A DNA stretch of 64,000 bases from the human T2T-CHM13v2.0 reference genome, Homo sapiens: NCBI RefSeq assembly GCF_009914755.1, contig NC_060926.1; one strand, 5' to 3'. How positions within the stretch are numbered: the stretch's first letter is position 1; every line of letters begins with the position of its first letter. Under the pieces are notes generated by a model. That model was not told the DNA's origin, searched no databases, and saw only the letters and a program-made list of their open reading frames with translations. Position numbers and translations under genes: made by a program. This document shows positions 17,201 through 33,888 of this stretch, one piece after another.

Positions 17201-17785
17201 CAGTTGCACCCCCAGCCCCCTTCACCTTTGTCCATCCCAGTCCTCTTGGGCCCTTTTGTCTACAGGGCGAGCCTCCAGCCTCCAAGTGCTTTACACATCC
17301 TTGCCTCCCTGCCTGAGGCCCCTCCCACGCCAGCCATCCCTGCACGCTCTGACCCCCGGTCTTCCTCCCTCTCCTCCTCTTAGCAGGCGCCCTTGAGGGT
17401 GTGCGCCCTGCCCAGCCCCTCCACTGCAGGCAAGCTGCACAGCCCGCACCTCAGGGCTGGGGCCTTGGCTAGTGTTGTGAGCCGTGTGAGGGCTGCAGGG
17501 CAGGGCTCCGTGGGGGTCTCCAAGTCTCCAGCCCCAGGAGACTCCCACGAAGGCAGAGGCCAACAAATGTTGTTTCTGGCTGTTTTCATTTAGGGCTTCA
17601 AAGTTCCTGCTCAGGACTTTGGAAAAACTCATCTCCAAAGTGGTAGAACTCAATTTTCCTCCCCATTTAAAAGTTGGCAATAGTGTTTATTTTTTTCTTT
17701 GAATTTGAATTGTATTTTCTATAAATACATATGTAATTTTATATAATTCTTCTAATTATAGTTTTATTATAAGAAAAATAAAAAT

Positions 17786-18368
<583 letters not shown>

Positions 18369-18924
18369 AAAAAACACAAATCAGACCATGTCACTTCCCT
18401 GCATAAAGTTCTCGTGTTGCTGTGACTTCCCGTGTCTTTCAAAGTAAACCTAAGTTTGAATTCCCAGCTGAGCTGGCCCCTGGCAGACTCCAGCCCTTTT
18501 CCTGCCACCTCAACCTGTGAAATACGCCAGACACAAAATGAACAAGCCGTGTGATTACACTTATGTGAAATTTTCAGGGTAGGTAAATCTACAGAGACAG
18601 AAAGTAAGATGAGTGGCTGCCAGGGGCTGTCGGTGAAATAGGGAGTGACTGCTAGTGGGCATGGGGTTTCTCGTGGGATGATGAAAATGTTCTAGAATTA
18701 GATAGAGGTGATGGTTGCACAGCTTTGTGAATATGCTCAAAGATATCCCACTTTTAAAAGATTAATTTTATGGTAATGGAATTATATCAGTTAAAAAGAC
18801 ACAGAAGAGCTGGAAGGACACAGTGGACGCCGAGGCTGGTGCCTCCGGACTCCTGTCTTCCTGTCTTTCTTTCCCATCCACCCCTCTGGAGTGGAAATGT
18901 TGCCATCACTCGGAACATAGTATG

Positions 18925-21214
<2,290 letters not shown>

Positions 21215-21909
21215 GTAAAAGCTTTTAATGCAACAGATTACATTTTGTTTTAATTTGCCTTTCTTTGGTTATTAATGAAGGTAAACATTTTTCGTGTCTC
21301 TTATTATAATTTTCTTTTGTGAATCAGCTGTTCCAGTTCTGTGCTCATAGTTCTTTTTTGAAAGCCTCTCTTTTCTCGCTCGTGTATAAGACGTCTTTCC
21401 GTGTTGAGGCGTCGTGTCCTGCCTTTTATTCTTTCCCCTGCTGTCACCATCTTTCGTCCTCTCTTTCAAGGCTGCTCCCATCTCAGTTCAGCCTCAGCAG
21501 GTTAGGGGTCTGGGGAAGGCAGTTTCTCTGCGGGCCTCAGCTTCTTTATGTGTAAAATGTGGACGCCAGGCCTGTTGTGGGAACAGGCAGCCCAGGGGTG
21601 CCACCCGTGAGGTCACTGGCTGCTCACTCCATCTGCTGCTGCCCTCAGTTCCCTCGCCTCACCCCACGTTGTCCCTGCGGCCTCCTGCACAGACGTGGGC
21701 TGGGCAGGTGTGCAGTGGAGGCCGAGAAACCTGCCTGCCCAAGAACTACCTGACAGGCATCCTGTCAGGGAGCGGTCCCCCCTTGGGACGGTCCCTGGTC
21801 ATTAGCTGGACGGCAAGCAGGACAGCGGCTCAGAGAGGCCCAGCCCCTTCCTTAAGTGCTCCCGTGGGCGGGATTCAAGTCCTGATCTTGACCATCTCTC
21901 TCCCTGCAG

Positions 21910-22073
21910 GCATCACGTGGGGCAAGGTGGTGTCCCTGTATGCGGTGGCCGCGGGGCTGGCCGTGGACTGTGTGAGGCAGGCCCAGCCTGCCATGGTCCA
22001 CGCCCTCGTGGACTGCCTGGGGGAGTTCGTGCGCAAGACCCTGGCAACCTGGCTGCGGAGACGCGGCGGATGG
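21910..22073 (+). CDS. BOK: BOK coding exon 4 (GITWGKVVSL...WLRRRGGW; BH1 and BH2)
   Basis: Acceptor tctctctccctgcag|GC and donor TGG|GTGAGC; 164 nt; TWGK BH1 variant and WLRRRGGW BH2. Confidence 0.98.
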
Positions 22074-22915
22074 GTGAGCGCCTGAGTGCCCGTGTGGGTG
22101 GGAGAGCTGGGGTGCGAGGGTGCAGAGGTACAGGAGGGAGTGGTGGATGGGTGAGCCTCTGAGCGCCTGGGGGGTGGGAGAGCTGGGGTGCGAGGGTACA
22201 GACGTACGGGAGGGAGTGGCGGATGGGTGAGTGAGCGCCTGTGGGGGTGGGAGAGCTGGGGTGCGAGGGTGCAGAGGTACAGGAGGGAGTGGTGGATGGG
22301 TGAGCCTCTGAGCGCCTGGGGGGTGGGAGAGCTGGGGTGCGAGGGTACAGACGTACGGGAGGGAGTGGCGGATGGGTGAGTGTCTGAGCGCCTGTGGGGG
22401 TGGGAGAGCTGGGGTGCGAGGGTGCAGAGGTACAGGAGGGAGTGGTGGATGGGTGAGCCTCTGAGCGCCTGGGGGGTGGGAGAGCTGGGGTGCGAGGGTA
22501 CAGACGTACGGGAGGGAGTGGCGGATGGGTGAGTGTCTGAGCGCCTGTGGGGGTGGGAGAGCTGGGGTGCGAGGGTGCAGAGGTACAGGAGGGAGTGGTG
22601 GATGGGTGAGCCTCTGAGCGCCTGGGGGGTGGGAGAGCTGGGGTGCGAGGGTACAGACGTACGGGAGGGAGTGGCGGATGGGTGAGTGTCTGAGCGCCTG
22701 TGGGGGTGGGAGAGCTGGGGTGCGAGGGTGCAGAGGTACAGGAGGGAGTGGCGGATGGGTGAGTGTCTGAGCGCCTGTGGGGGTGGGAGAGCTGGGGTGC
22801 GAGGGTGCAGAGGTACGGGAGGGAGTGGCGGATGGGTGAGTGTCTGAGCGCCTGTGGGGGTGGGAGAGCTGGGGTGCGAGGGTGCAGAGGTACGGGAGGG
22901 AGTGGCGGATGGGTG
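22064..22915. repeat. About 76-77-bp G-rich minisatellite, 11 units (A/B dimer of 153 bp), starting at the exon-4 donor
   Basis: Unit ggatgggtgag(cctc/tgtc)tgagcgcctg..gggtgggagagctggggtgcgagggt(g/a)caga(g/c)gtac(a/g)ggagggagtgg(t/c). Confidence 0.96.
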
Positions 22916-24155
22916 GTCACCTGAGCACTCCTGGGGGAGATGGGTGAGGCAGGGGGTGGGGCAAGGGCCGAGACCTACAGGCAGGCCCTGGACTCTCCTC
23001 TGCCCAGATCCAGCACTGACTTACCCCCGATCCTACCCCTGTGCTAAGGACCCGCTGCCCCAGCCCCCGCCCTCCCGAGTGGGAAAAGCAAGGCCCCGAG
23101 GGGTGGGTGTCAGAGCCAAACCCTTCCTCTGTCTCCACGCCCCCAACTTCCTGCCCTGCTCCGGCCAGACCGCAGTTGCCGCTGGGCCCTGGGTGTGGAG
23201 GGTGGCTCCCCTGCCGAGAGTCTAGCCTTCTTTCCTGTACAGCGGGTGTTGGCCTGGTGTGTAAATCAGCGGCCAGGGGTGACAGCGCTCAGACCCCTCT
23301 GCTGGGGCCTTAGCTTTAGCATCTCGAGAGATTGAGGTCACGTGGTCTGCGGGGGCTGTGGTCTCCTCTGAAGGCTGAATTGGGGGTGCAGAGGGCAATG
23401 TCCCAAGATGTCGCACATGGCTACAGGTGTCCCTCAGCACAGAAACCCCAAGACTTCCGTCCCCTCCTGTCTTCCTCCTGTGGAGTCTGGCATGGGGCTG
23501 GGCACTGTGTGCCCAGTGGGCGACGACACTTTGAGCAACGCCAAGGCCACAGGTCCAGGCTGCAGGGAAAAGCCTTCATGTATTAGCAGGAAGTGAAGGG
23601 AATAAGAGAATTGGACGTTCATTCACTTCCCCAGAAGGAACTTCAGAGTCCAGGGAGTCCGTGGGCTTCCGGAAACGCAGTCCCTGCTGTTGTTCCAGGC
23701 AGAGTCTGAATGAAGCTGGGTTTGCCCCTTCCTGGTAGCCCAGGCTCCAAGGCCCCACAGGAGGATGACGGCGGCATACCTGTAGCCCCTGGGGGGCAGC
23801 AGGCAGGTGGCCGAGGGGAGCTGGCACCCTGGTCTGGATGTCTGGAGCCCCAGCGAGGGCCATGAAGGCCTCTCTCCTGCTCGGCAGGGGCCCTCCGGCC
23901 GGCCTGCCTGGCTGCCATCTGTCCCCACCTCCCGTGCCTCCTGGCCCTTCACACTGTCTGAATGTGCACGGCATCGGGTCTGGTCTTGTGTTGGAGCCTT
24001 CAGTCCAGGCCACAGACCTCCTTCCCGAACAGTCTCCTGCATTCCCTTCATGCAATTTTGCTGATATTCTGGTGCACGGTGCTGGGGGGCCTGGCGGTGC
24101 TGGGGGCCTGGCGGTGCTGGCTCTGCTTTCTAACGGTCTCCCTCTTCCCTCCCAG

Positions 24156-24281
24156 ACTGATGTCCTCAAGTGTGTGGTCAGCACAGACCCTGGCCTCCGC
24201 TCCCACTGGCTGGTGGCTGCACTCTGCAGCTTCGGCCGCTTCCTGAAGGCTGCCTTCTTCGTGCTGCTGCCAGAGAGATGA
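24156..24281 (+). CDS. BOK: BOK coding exon 5 (TDVLKCVV...AAFFVLLPER*; C-terminal membrane anchor)
   Basis: Branch point ttctaAc (24133), pyrimidine tract and cccag| acceptor; TGA at 24279-24281. Exon sum 220+129+164+126 = 639 nt = 212 aa plus stop. Confidence 0.98.
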   Translation, partial: TDVLKCVVSTDPGLRSHWLVAALCSFGRFLKAAFFVLLPER

Positions 24282-24595
24282 GCTGCCCACCTGGCAGTGG
24301 CCGCAGCCTGGCCCTCTGGGCCCAACGCAGGAGGCCCTCAGCACCCGAACACATCTTCCTCCTCCCCACCCGAGCCTGGAGCACTCTAACCCTCGGAGAC
24401 CCCCTAAGCCCCGTTCCTCCGCAGACCCAGGCCCTCCGGAAGGGGTGAGTGGGGAGGGGCTTTCCTGAGCCTGGAGCTGGGCTTTGGGGCAGCCTGCGAC
24501 CCTCCCCGCTTGTGTCCCTTCTCCTGTGATCTCTGTGTTTTCCCTTTTCTTTCTGGGGCCAGGAAGTCAGGGTCAACTCCCAGGCCTCAGATGCA

Positions 24596-25270
24596 GGGGC
24601 CCAGAACACCTGCTCTCACCTGAGCCCCAGGTGAAGGGGCCCGGGAACACCTGCTCTCACCTGAGCCCCAGGTGAAGGGGCCCGGGAACACCTGCTCTCA
24701 CCTGAACCCCAGGTGAAGGGGCCCGGAACACCTGCTCTCACCTGAGCCCCAGGTGAAGGGGCCCGGAACACCTGCTCTCACCTGAGCCCCAGGTGAAGGG
24801 GCCCGGGAACACCTGCTCTCACCTGAGCCCCAGGTGAAGGGGCCCGGGAACACCTGCTCTCACCTGAACCCCAGGTGAAGGGGCCCAGAACACCTGCTCT
24901 CACCTGAGCCCCAGGTGAAGGGGCCCGGAACACCTGCTCTCACCTGAGCCCCAGGTGAAGGGGCCCGGGAACACCTGCTCTCACCTGAGCCCCTGGTGAA
25001 GGGGCCCGGAACACTTGCTCTCACCTGAGCCCCAGGTGAAGGGGCCCGGAACACCTGCTCTCACCTGAGCCCCAGGTGAAGGGGCCCGGAACACCTGCTC
25101 TCACCTGAGCCCCCGGTGAAGGGGCCCGGAACACTTGCTCTCACCTGAGCCCCAGGTGAAGGGGCCCGGAACACCTCCTCTCACCTGAGCCCCAGGTGAA
25201 GGGGCCCGGAACACCTCCTGTCACCTGAGCCCCAGGTGAAGGGGCCCGGGAACACCTCTCACCTGAACCC
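24596..25270. repeat. 40/41-bp minisatellite, 16 full units plus a partial, inside the BOK 3'UTR
   Basis: Unit cacctgctctcacctgagccccaggtgaaggggcccg(g)gaa starting at 24607, 24648, 24689 and so on to 25212. Confidence 0.97.
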
Positions 25271-25997
25271 GGGGGTCCCATCCCAGGAAGAAGGGCCATC
25301 TCAGGACATGAGTCCTCAGGGGCCCTGCACATTCAATCTGAAGGTGACCCTGGCCTGGCTGAAGCTGGAAGAGCTGTGGGGACTCAGCCTGTAAACAGAG
25401 CGTAAGGTTCACATGCTGGTTGCTTAATCCGTTTCTGGAGGAAGAGTATGACACCCACTTGTGATGGGGTCCTTGTGCGGTGGGGACCGGGGCCGGCGGG
25501 CTCCAGGCCAGCACACCTAACCCATGGATGTGGAACCTACGGCCGAGAAGGAATGTTGCATGAGTCGGATCCCAGTCCATTGTCAGTGGAGGGTGAGGGT
25601 GACCCCATCTGCTATTTTTGTGCTCATCCTCATACAACCATTTGGGGATGTGCCTATTAGGGCTCCGTAAGAACTCAGATGCCTGGGAAGCCCAGCCCCT
25701 CAGGTGCCCCCACACACAGCCTTCCCTTGACGCCTACATTTCTAGGCACATGTGAGGCATCTTTCCTGGAGCCCCGAGCCAGCCCTGTCCCTCCCCAGTG
25801 CAGCATGGCACTCAGGAGATACAGGCTGGACATGGGGCAGTCGTTCTGGGGAGGCCTGGCCTAGCAGCCACCCACCTGAGCCCTCCCGGCCAGGCTTCGT
25901 GCTGGGGTGGGCCATGTGCCAGGACAGGAGGGTCCCGGCGGAAAGCCAGCCCCGGACTCATCGTGACATTGAGATCCCACTGGAGGGTAGGGGTGGT

Positions 25998-26003
25998 AAT
26001 AAA
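25998..26003 (+). terminator. BOK: BOK polyadenylation signal AATAAA
   Basis: First AATAAA I found after the stop codon, followed by U/GU-rich sequence (ttgtcatttt, tgtgtgtgtgtt). Confidence 0.88.
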
Positions 26004-26144
26004 CTTCTCCAAACGATCGTTGTCATTTTAGACAGAATGTCACTGTGTGTGTGTTAAATAGCTTCTACCTATACACAACATGGTAAGAGGTGCGGAGGGT
26101 TTGCTTGAAAATAATTGAGGGTGGGGAGTGGCGAGAGGGTGGGG

Positions 26145-27810
<1,666 letters not shown>

Positions 27811-27814
27811 TGTC

Positions 27815-28220
27815 CTCCCTATTCTCCTCTTCCTCCTCCTCTGCAGCCCTCCACTACCCTCCTCCTACATCCCTCCTCCTCCTCCAGTCCTCCTCCCTCT
27901 CCCCTTCCCCTGCAACTCTCCACCACTCTCCTTCTCCCACTGCAGTTCTCTTTTCTTTGTAGCCCTCCTCCTCCTCCCCTGCCAGCTCTCCTCCCCCTCC
28001 CCTGCAATACTCCTCCTCCCCTTGCAGCCTTCCTCCCTCTCCTCCTCCCGCTGCAGCCCTCCACCCTCCTTCCCTGCAGCTCTACTCTTTTCTTTGTAGC
28101 CCTCCTCCTTATCCAGCCCTCCACCCCTCCCCTGGCAGCCCTACTCCCTCCCCTTCCTCCTCCTGTCTGCAGCCTTCAACTCCCTCCTCCTCCTATACTT
28201 CTCTCCCTCATCTTCCCTCA
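27815..28220. repeat. CT-rich low-complexity tract
   Basis: Degenerate cctcct/ctgcagccct motifs with strong pyrimidine skew. Confidence 0.85.
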
Positions 28221-28661
28221 GGACCCAGCCCTAATGCCAGCACCCCAAGCCTTCGCTGACCCTTAGCAGGGAAGCTCCCGACTGGGTGCACGCGGCCGTG
28301 CCCAGGAACTCTGGTTCGGGCCTGCTGCAGGGCTCGTTTGCCTCTCCAGCGGTGGCTCTCAGGTGCTGCGGTGCCGTGGCCAAGGAGCCACACAAGAAGG
28401 CCCACGACCTGTGTCCCTCAGCTTTGTGCATCTGCTTCTCCGGGACGGGGCCCCCTTGAGGGCAGGCCTGGTGGACCACCCTGTTTCCCATGAGGCCTTG
28501 CACAGGCCTTCCTGTGGACACTGGACACGGGTGACTGAACCTGAAGTGTGAGATGTTTCTAAGATCTCATGAAGTGTGAGATGTTTCTAAAATCTCTACA
28601 TGGGCCGACCACAACCTGCTATCTTCTGCTACTGTGTGCCATGCTAGAGCTCCCCTACCCT

Positions 28662-28885
28662 GGGAACAAACGCCAGGGTGCCCTGCGGCCCGGCTCTCCT
28701 CGGTTCCCCTGATCCATCCAGGGAACAAACGCCAGGGTGCCCTGCGGCCCGGCTCTCCTCGGTTCCCCTGATCCGCCCAGAGAACAAACGCCAGGGTGCC
28801 CTGCGGCCCGGCTCTCCTCAGTTCCCCTGATCCATCCAGGGAACAAATGCCAGGTGCCCTGAGGCCTGGCTCTCCTCAGTCCTCC
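28662..28885. repeat. 59-bp minisatellite, about 3.8 copies
   Basis: Unit gggaacaaacgccagggtgccctgcggcccggctctcctcggttcccctgatccatcca at 28662, 28721, 28780 and 28839. Confidence 0.93.
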
Positions 28886-29019
28886 GATCGGGTCCAGTCC
28901 ATTTTCATTCATTTCACTTTGGTCTCCTGTCTGTCTGTGCCTCTGGGCCAAACTCATTGCAGGGCCATGGCCCCGGGCAGGCCCCACCTTCCTGCTTTCT
29001 GATGCAGCGATATTCTTCC

Positions 29020-29321
<302 letters not shown>

Positions 29322-29905
29322 CTGTCTGATGCCAGCTCAGGCCACAGGGCACATTAGGCTTCTGACAAAGCTGGAGGACAAGGCCCCCTCGCATGCCCCA
29401 TCCTCTCCTCGCCCCCCCCTCCCCCGAGTGCCTCCTTCGAAGCCCTGCCTCCCTCTATCATGCCCTCCCCCCACGCAGCCTCAAGAAACATGAAGAGGGG
29501 ACCTCTGGGGTGGTCTGGCAACGCCTGCCTGGTGGACAGCAGATGGGAGAGAAGGAAAGCAGCCGGTAGGAGAAGAGACAGAGGAAAGGGGAGGAGGAAG
29601 CCCATGCTCAAGGTGCCCCTCCTGCCCAGGCTTCCTGCCAGATGCTTCTTGGATCAAATACTTTGTTATATTTCCAGCACAAGAAAGTGATGTTACAAAC
29701 ACTAAGAGAATTCAGAGAAACAGCAGGATTTAAAGTAGCACACAGAGATCTTTGTGCATACTTTCAGTTCAAAGACAGAGTGGAAGAGATGACCCATTTT
29801 TAACAGCAACAAAAAGATAAAAATCCCCATGCGTAAAAGAAATGTGAAACCCTAAATGGGAAAAACTTTAAATAGACCATAAAGACACCAAAGTCGATTT
29901 TAACA

Positions 29906-30289
29906 CCACCATGGTTTGAATGAATTCCCCAAAAGTTCATGTGTTGGAAACCTGGACTCCAATGCAGCAGTGCTGGGATGGGATTCTGGGGAGGTGATTG
30001 GCTCATGAGGACTAATCCATTCATGGACTAATGGGTTCTCAGGGAGTGGAGCAGTTATCACCAGGGGGCTGGTTATAAAAGCCAGCTTTGCCGTCTCTCA
30101 TGAGACCCTCACATAATGCCCGGCACCACTTGAGACTGCAGAGTCTTGACCAGCAAGAAGGTCCTCACCAGATGCAACTCCTATACCTTGGACTCCCTGC
30201 CTCCAGAACTGTAAGAAATAAAATTCTTTTCTTTATAACTTACCCACTCTGTGGTATTCAGTCATAGCAACAGAAAATGAATTAAGACA
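29906..30289 (+). mobile_element. MaLR solo LTR (MST-like)
   Basis: atggtttgaatg start, ccagaactgtaagaaataaa PAS region and typical end atagcaacagaaaatgaattaagaca. Confidence 0.8.
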
Positions 30290-31637
30290 GAAAGAAAGAC
30301 CATGTTCCTGGATAAGAAAACTCTCCTAAGCAAGACAATTCTACAAAAGTAAATTTATAAATGTAATGTAATCCTTATAAAAACGCCGCATGCTTTTCCC
30401 CAGATCTAGAAAACTAATTATAAAGTTCATGTGAGAGAGGAAGTGCACAGGAGTGTAAAAATAGCCAGGAAAACTCTGCAAAAGAAATGGAGAGGTCCTC
30501 TGCCCCCGAACCATCTCCTGGCCTCCGTAATGGAACCACATGACACCAGGACCCATGTAGGCAAGCAGGCCCAGGGACATGAAAACCCGGGGACAGACCC
30601 CAGTGCCTAGAACATTCAGTCTATAAGGTAGCATATGATACCGGTGAGGAAAGGATGGACTTGTTAATACAAGTGGTTAAACGTTAACCACTTGGAGAAA
30701 GACGAAAATGAATCTGCACTTCATACCATACACTAAGACAAATTCCAAATGGGTCAAAAGTACTAGGAAAAAGTGAATTCCTTCATCACCGGGGAGTGGG
30801 CAAAATCTTCTTAAATATGACTTAAAACCCAGGAGTGATAAAAGACAAAATGTATACTGGGAAAAAAGTTTTATAACATAGCACATTTTCAAAGTGTCGG
30901 TGACTTGAGTGGGAAGCAGGGCAGTGACTGTCGGGGACTGAGGGTGGGGGGATGGTGTTGAACGGGCGCGGGGTCTCCTTCTGGCGTGATGAAGGCTTTG
31001 GAAGCACACAGAAGTGATGGTTGTACGTTATGAATGTATTAAATGCTGCTAAATTGTAGACTTTAAGAGATGGTTAAAATGGTGAATTTTTTTAACCATC
31101 TATAGGACTCTGATAAAAATGTTGTTTTATGTATATTTTACCTCAATAAAAATTATAACTTAAAATGAGAAATATTAGGATTAATATTCCTTATTCAAAC
31201 GAGCTCATGAGTTTGGAAAATCAAGAAAATGATTAAAAAAAAAAAAGAGAGAGAGAAATGCAAACCAAAACCACCCCAAGACTCCATTTCTCACCTACAA
31301 GATTGACCCAAATCCAAATTTGACACCAGATTCGGCTGCTGAGGGGGGCAGGGACTTCCTACAATGCTGTGGGGATGCAGAACGCCTGGCCCCTTGGGGA
31401 CAGGGACAACACCCAGACAAGCCAGATGAGCCTCTCCCCGCCGACTGGCAATCCCACTTCCAGAAATGTATCCTTAAGATACGATGGCCAGAATCCACAA
31501 GGATGTGGAAATGCCCTTCTAACCAGACTTAGAAGACAAGCACTCTGCAGTCCCAACGGAGGTGCTGGGTCCAACTCTGACATTTGATTGGCCAAAGACT
31601 GGAAACAACCCAAGGCCCAGCATGAGGGGATCTGCTG

Positions 31638-32079
31638 GCTAACTCACGGTGAGCTAATCCACGGCGAGCTAACCCACGGCGAGCTAACCCACGGCGAGCT
31701 AACCCACCGCCAGCTAACCCACGGCGAGCTAACCCACGGCGAGCTAACCCACGGCCAGCTAACCCACGGCGAGCTAACCCACGGCCAGCTAACCCACGGC
31801 CAGCTAACCCACGGCCAGCTTACCCACGGCCAGCTAACCCACGGCGAGCTAACCCACGGCCAGCTTACCCACGGCGAGCTAACCCACGGCGAGCTAACCC
31901 ACGGCGAGCTAACCCACGGCGAGCTTACCCACGGCGAGCTAACCCACGGCGAGCTAACCCACGGCGAGCTTACCCACGGCGAGCTAACCCACGGCGAGCT
32001 AACCCACGGCGAGCTAATCCACGGCGAGCTAACCCACGGTGAGCTAATCCACGGCGAGCTAACCCACGGCGAGCTTACC
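31638..32079. repeat. 15-bp minisatellite, 29 units plus a partial
   Basis: Unit gctaacccacggc(g/c)a, embedded in an old L1-like segment. Confidence 0.97.
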
Positions 32080-32606
32080 GGAGCACTCGGTAGCTGTGCT
32101 AGAGGCCTGTGTGGAGCAAATGTGCCTGGTTTTACAGTTCTGACAAGAAAGCCAGTCAAATGATTTGTATTCGCAAAACAAATTATAACAATTTCTAGAA
32201 TTTAAACAAATGGACTTGTGTATCAAGTTGGTGACAGAAGCGCAGAGTAGTTAATCCAATTACATCATATTTTAACTTTGTATCTTCAAAGGGAAAGGTC
32301 TAAAAAAGCTAGCAGAAAAAAACTTTGACCAGTAGTCATTGTTAACAATACCTTTTTTGGTAGAGGTGGGGTCTTACTATGTTGCCCAGGCTTATTTTGA
32401 AATGATTATATGCATTTATATGTAGAATAAAGCAAATAATGTTAATGTTGTAATGAACCAAGATTTTCAGCTTAAGAGGTAAAATCAAAGAATATTTAAA
32501 AACCCTTATAATCTTAACATTTGAATGGAAAACAGTATGAATTCATATTTTTCAAAAATACATGTGTATATCCCATGCTAAAGTAGTTAAGGGTGAAGGG
32601 TCCTGA

Positions 32607-32949
<343 letters not shown>

Positions 32950-33282
32950 GAGAAAATAAATTTTAGAACAATTTTCTGGTTTTGTCCATGGAAAGGCTGG
33001 GAGGTAGAGCAGCCCAGCCATCATAAGCAGTCAGTGCTCAGTCTGTGGCCTCCAATTCCCACTCCCTCCAATTCCCACTCCCCACTAACGAGAACCAGGG
33101 CTCTGGAGAAATGGGTAGTTCCAGGTTCTGGGCAGGAAAAGTCAGAGGCAGCTGTGGCCCCAGAGCAAGGAGGCATCAAAGCCCACTGGATGGAGGGGCT
33201 CCTCTGTCCAATTACGAGATAATCTGAGCATCTCCTGTTTGCCAAAGATATACGCAGCACTTGATTAAAATGATATCAAATA

Positions 33283-33888
<606 letters not shown>

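Noticed and set aside
21913-22920. 335-aa Pro-rich minus-strand ORF
   Set aside because: It is a translation of the 153-bp dimeric minisatellite.
24596-25270. Regular 40-bp hairpin repeats resembling a CRISPR array
   Set aside because: The units are head-to-tail with no unique spacers, there are no cas genes, and the context is a eukaryotic 3'UTR.
31588-32163. (HGELT)n pentapeptide-repeat ORF
   Set aside because: It is a 15-bp VNTR open on both strands inside an L1 remnant, with no sign of synonymous-site constraint beyond chance.
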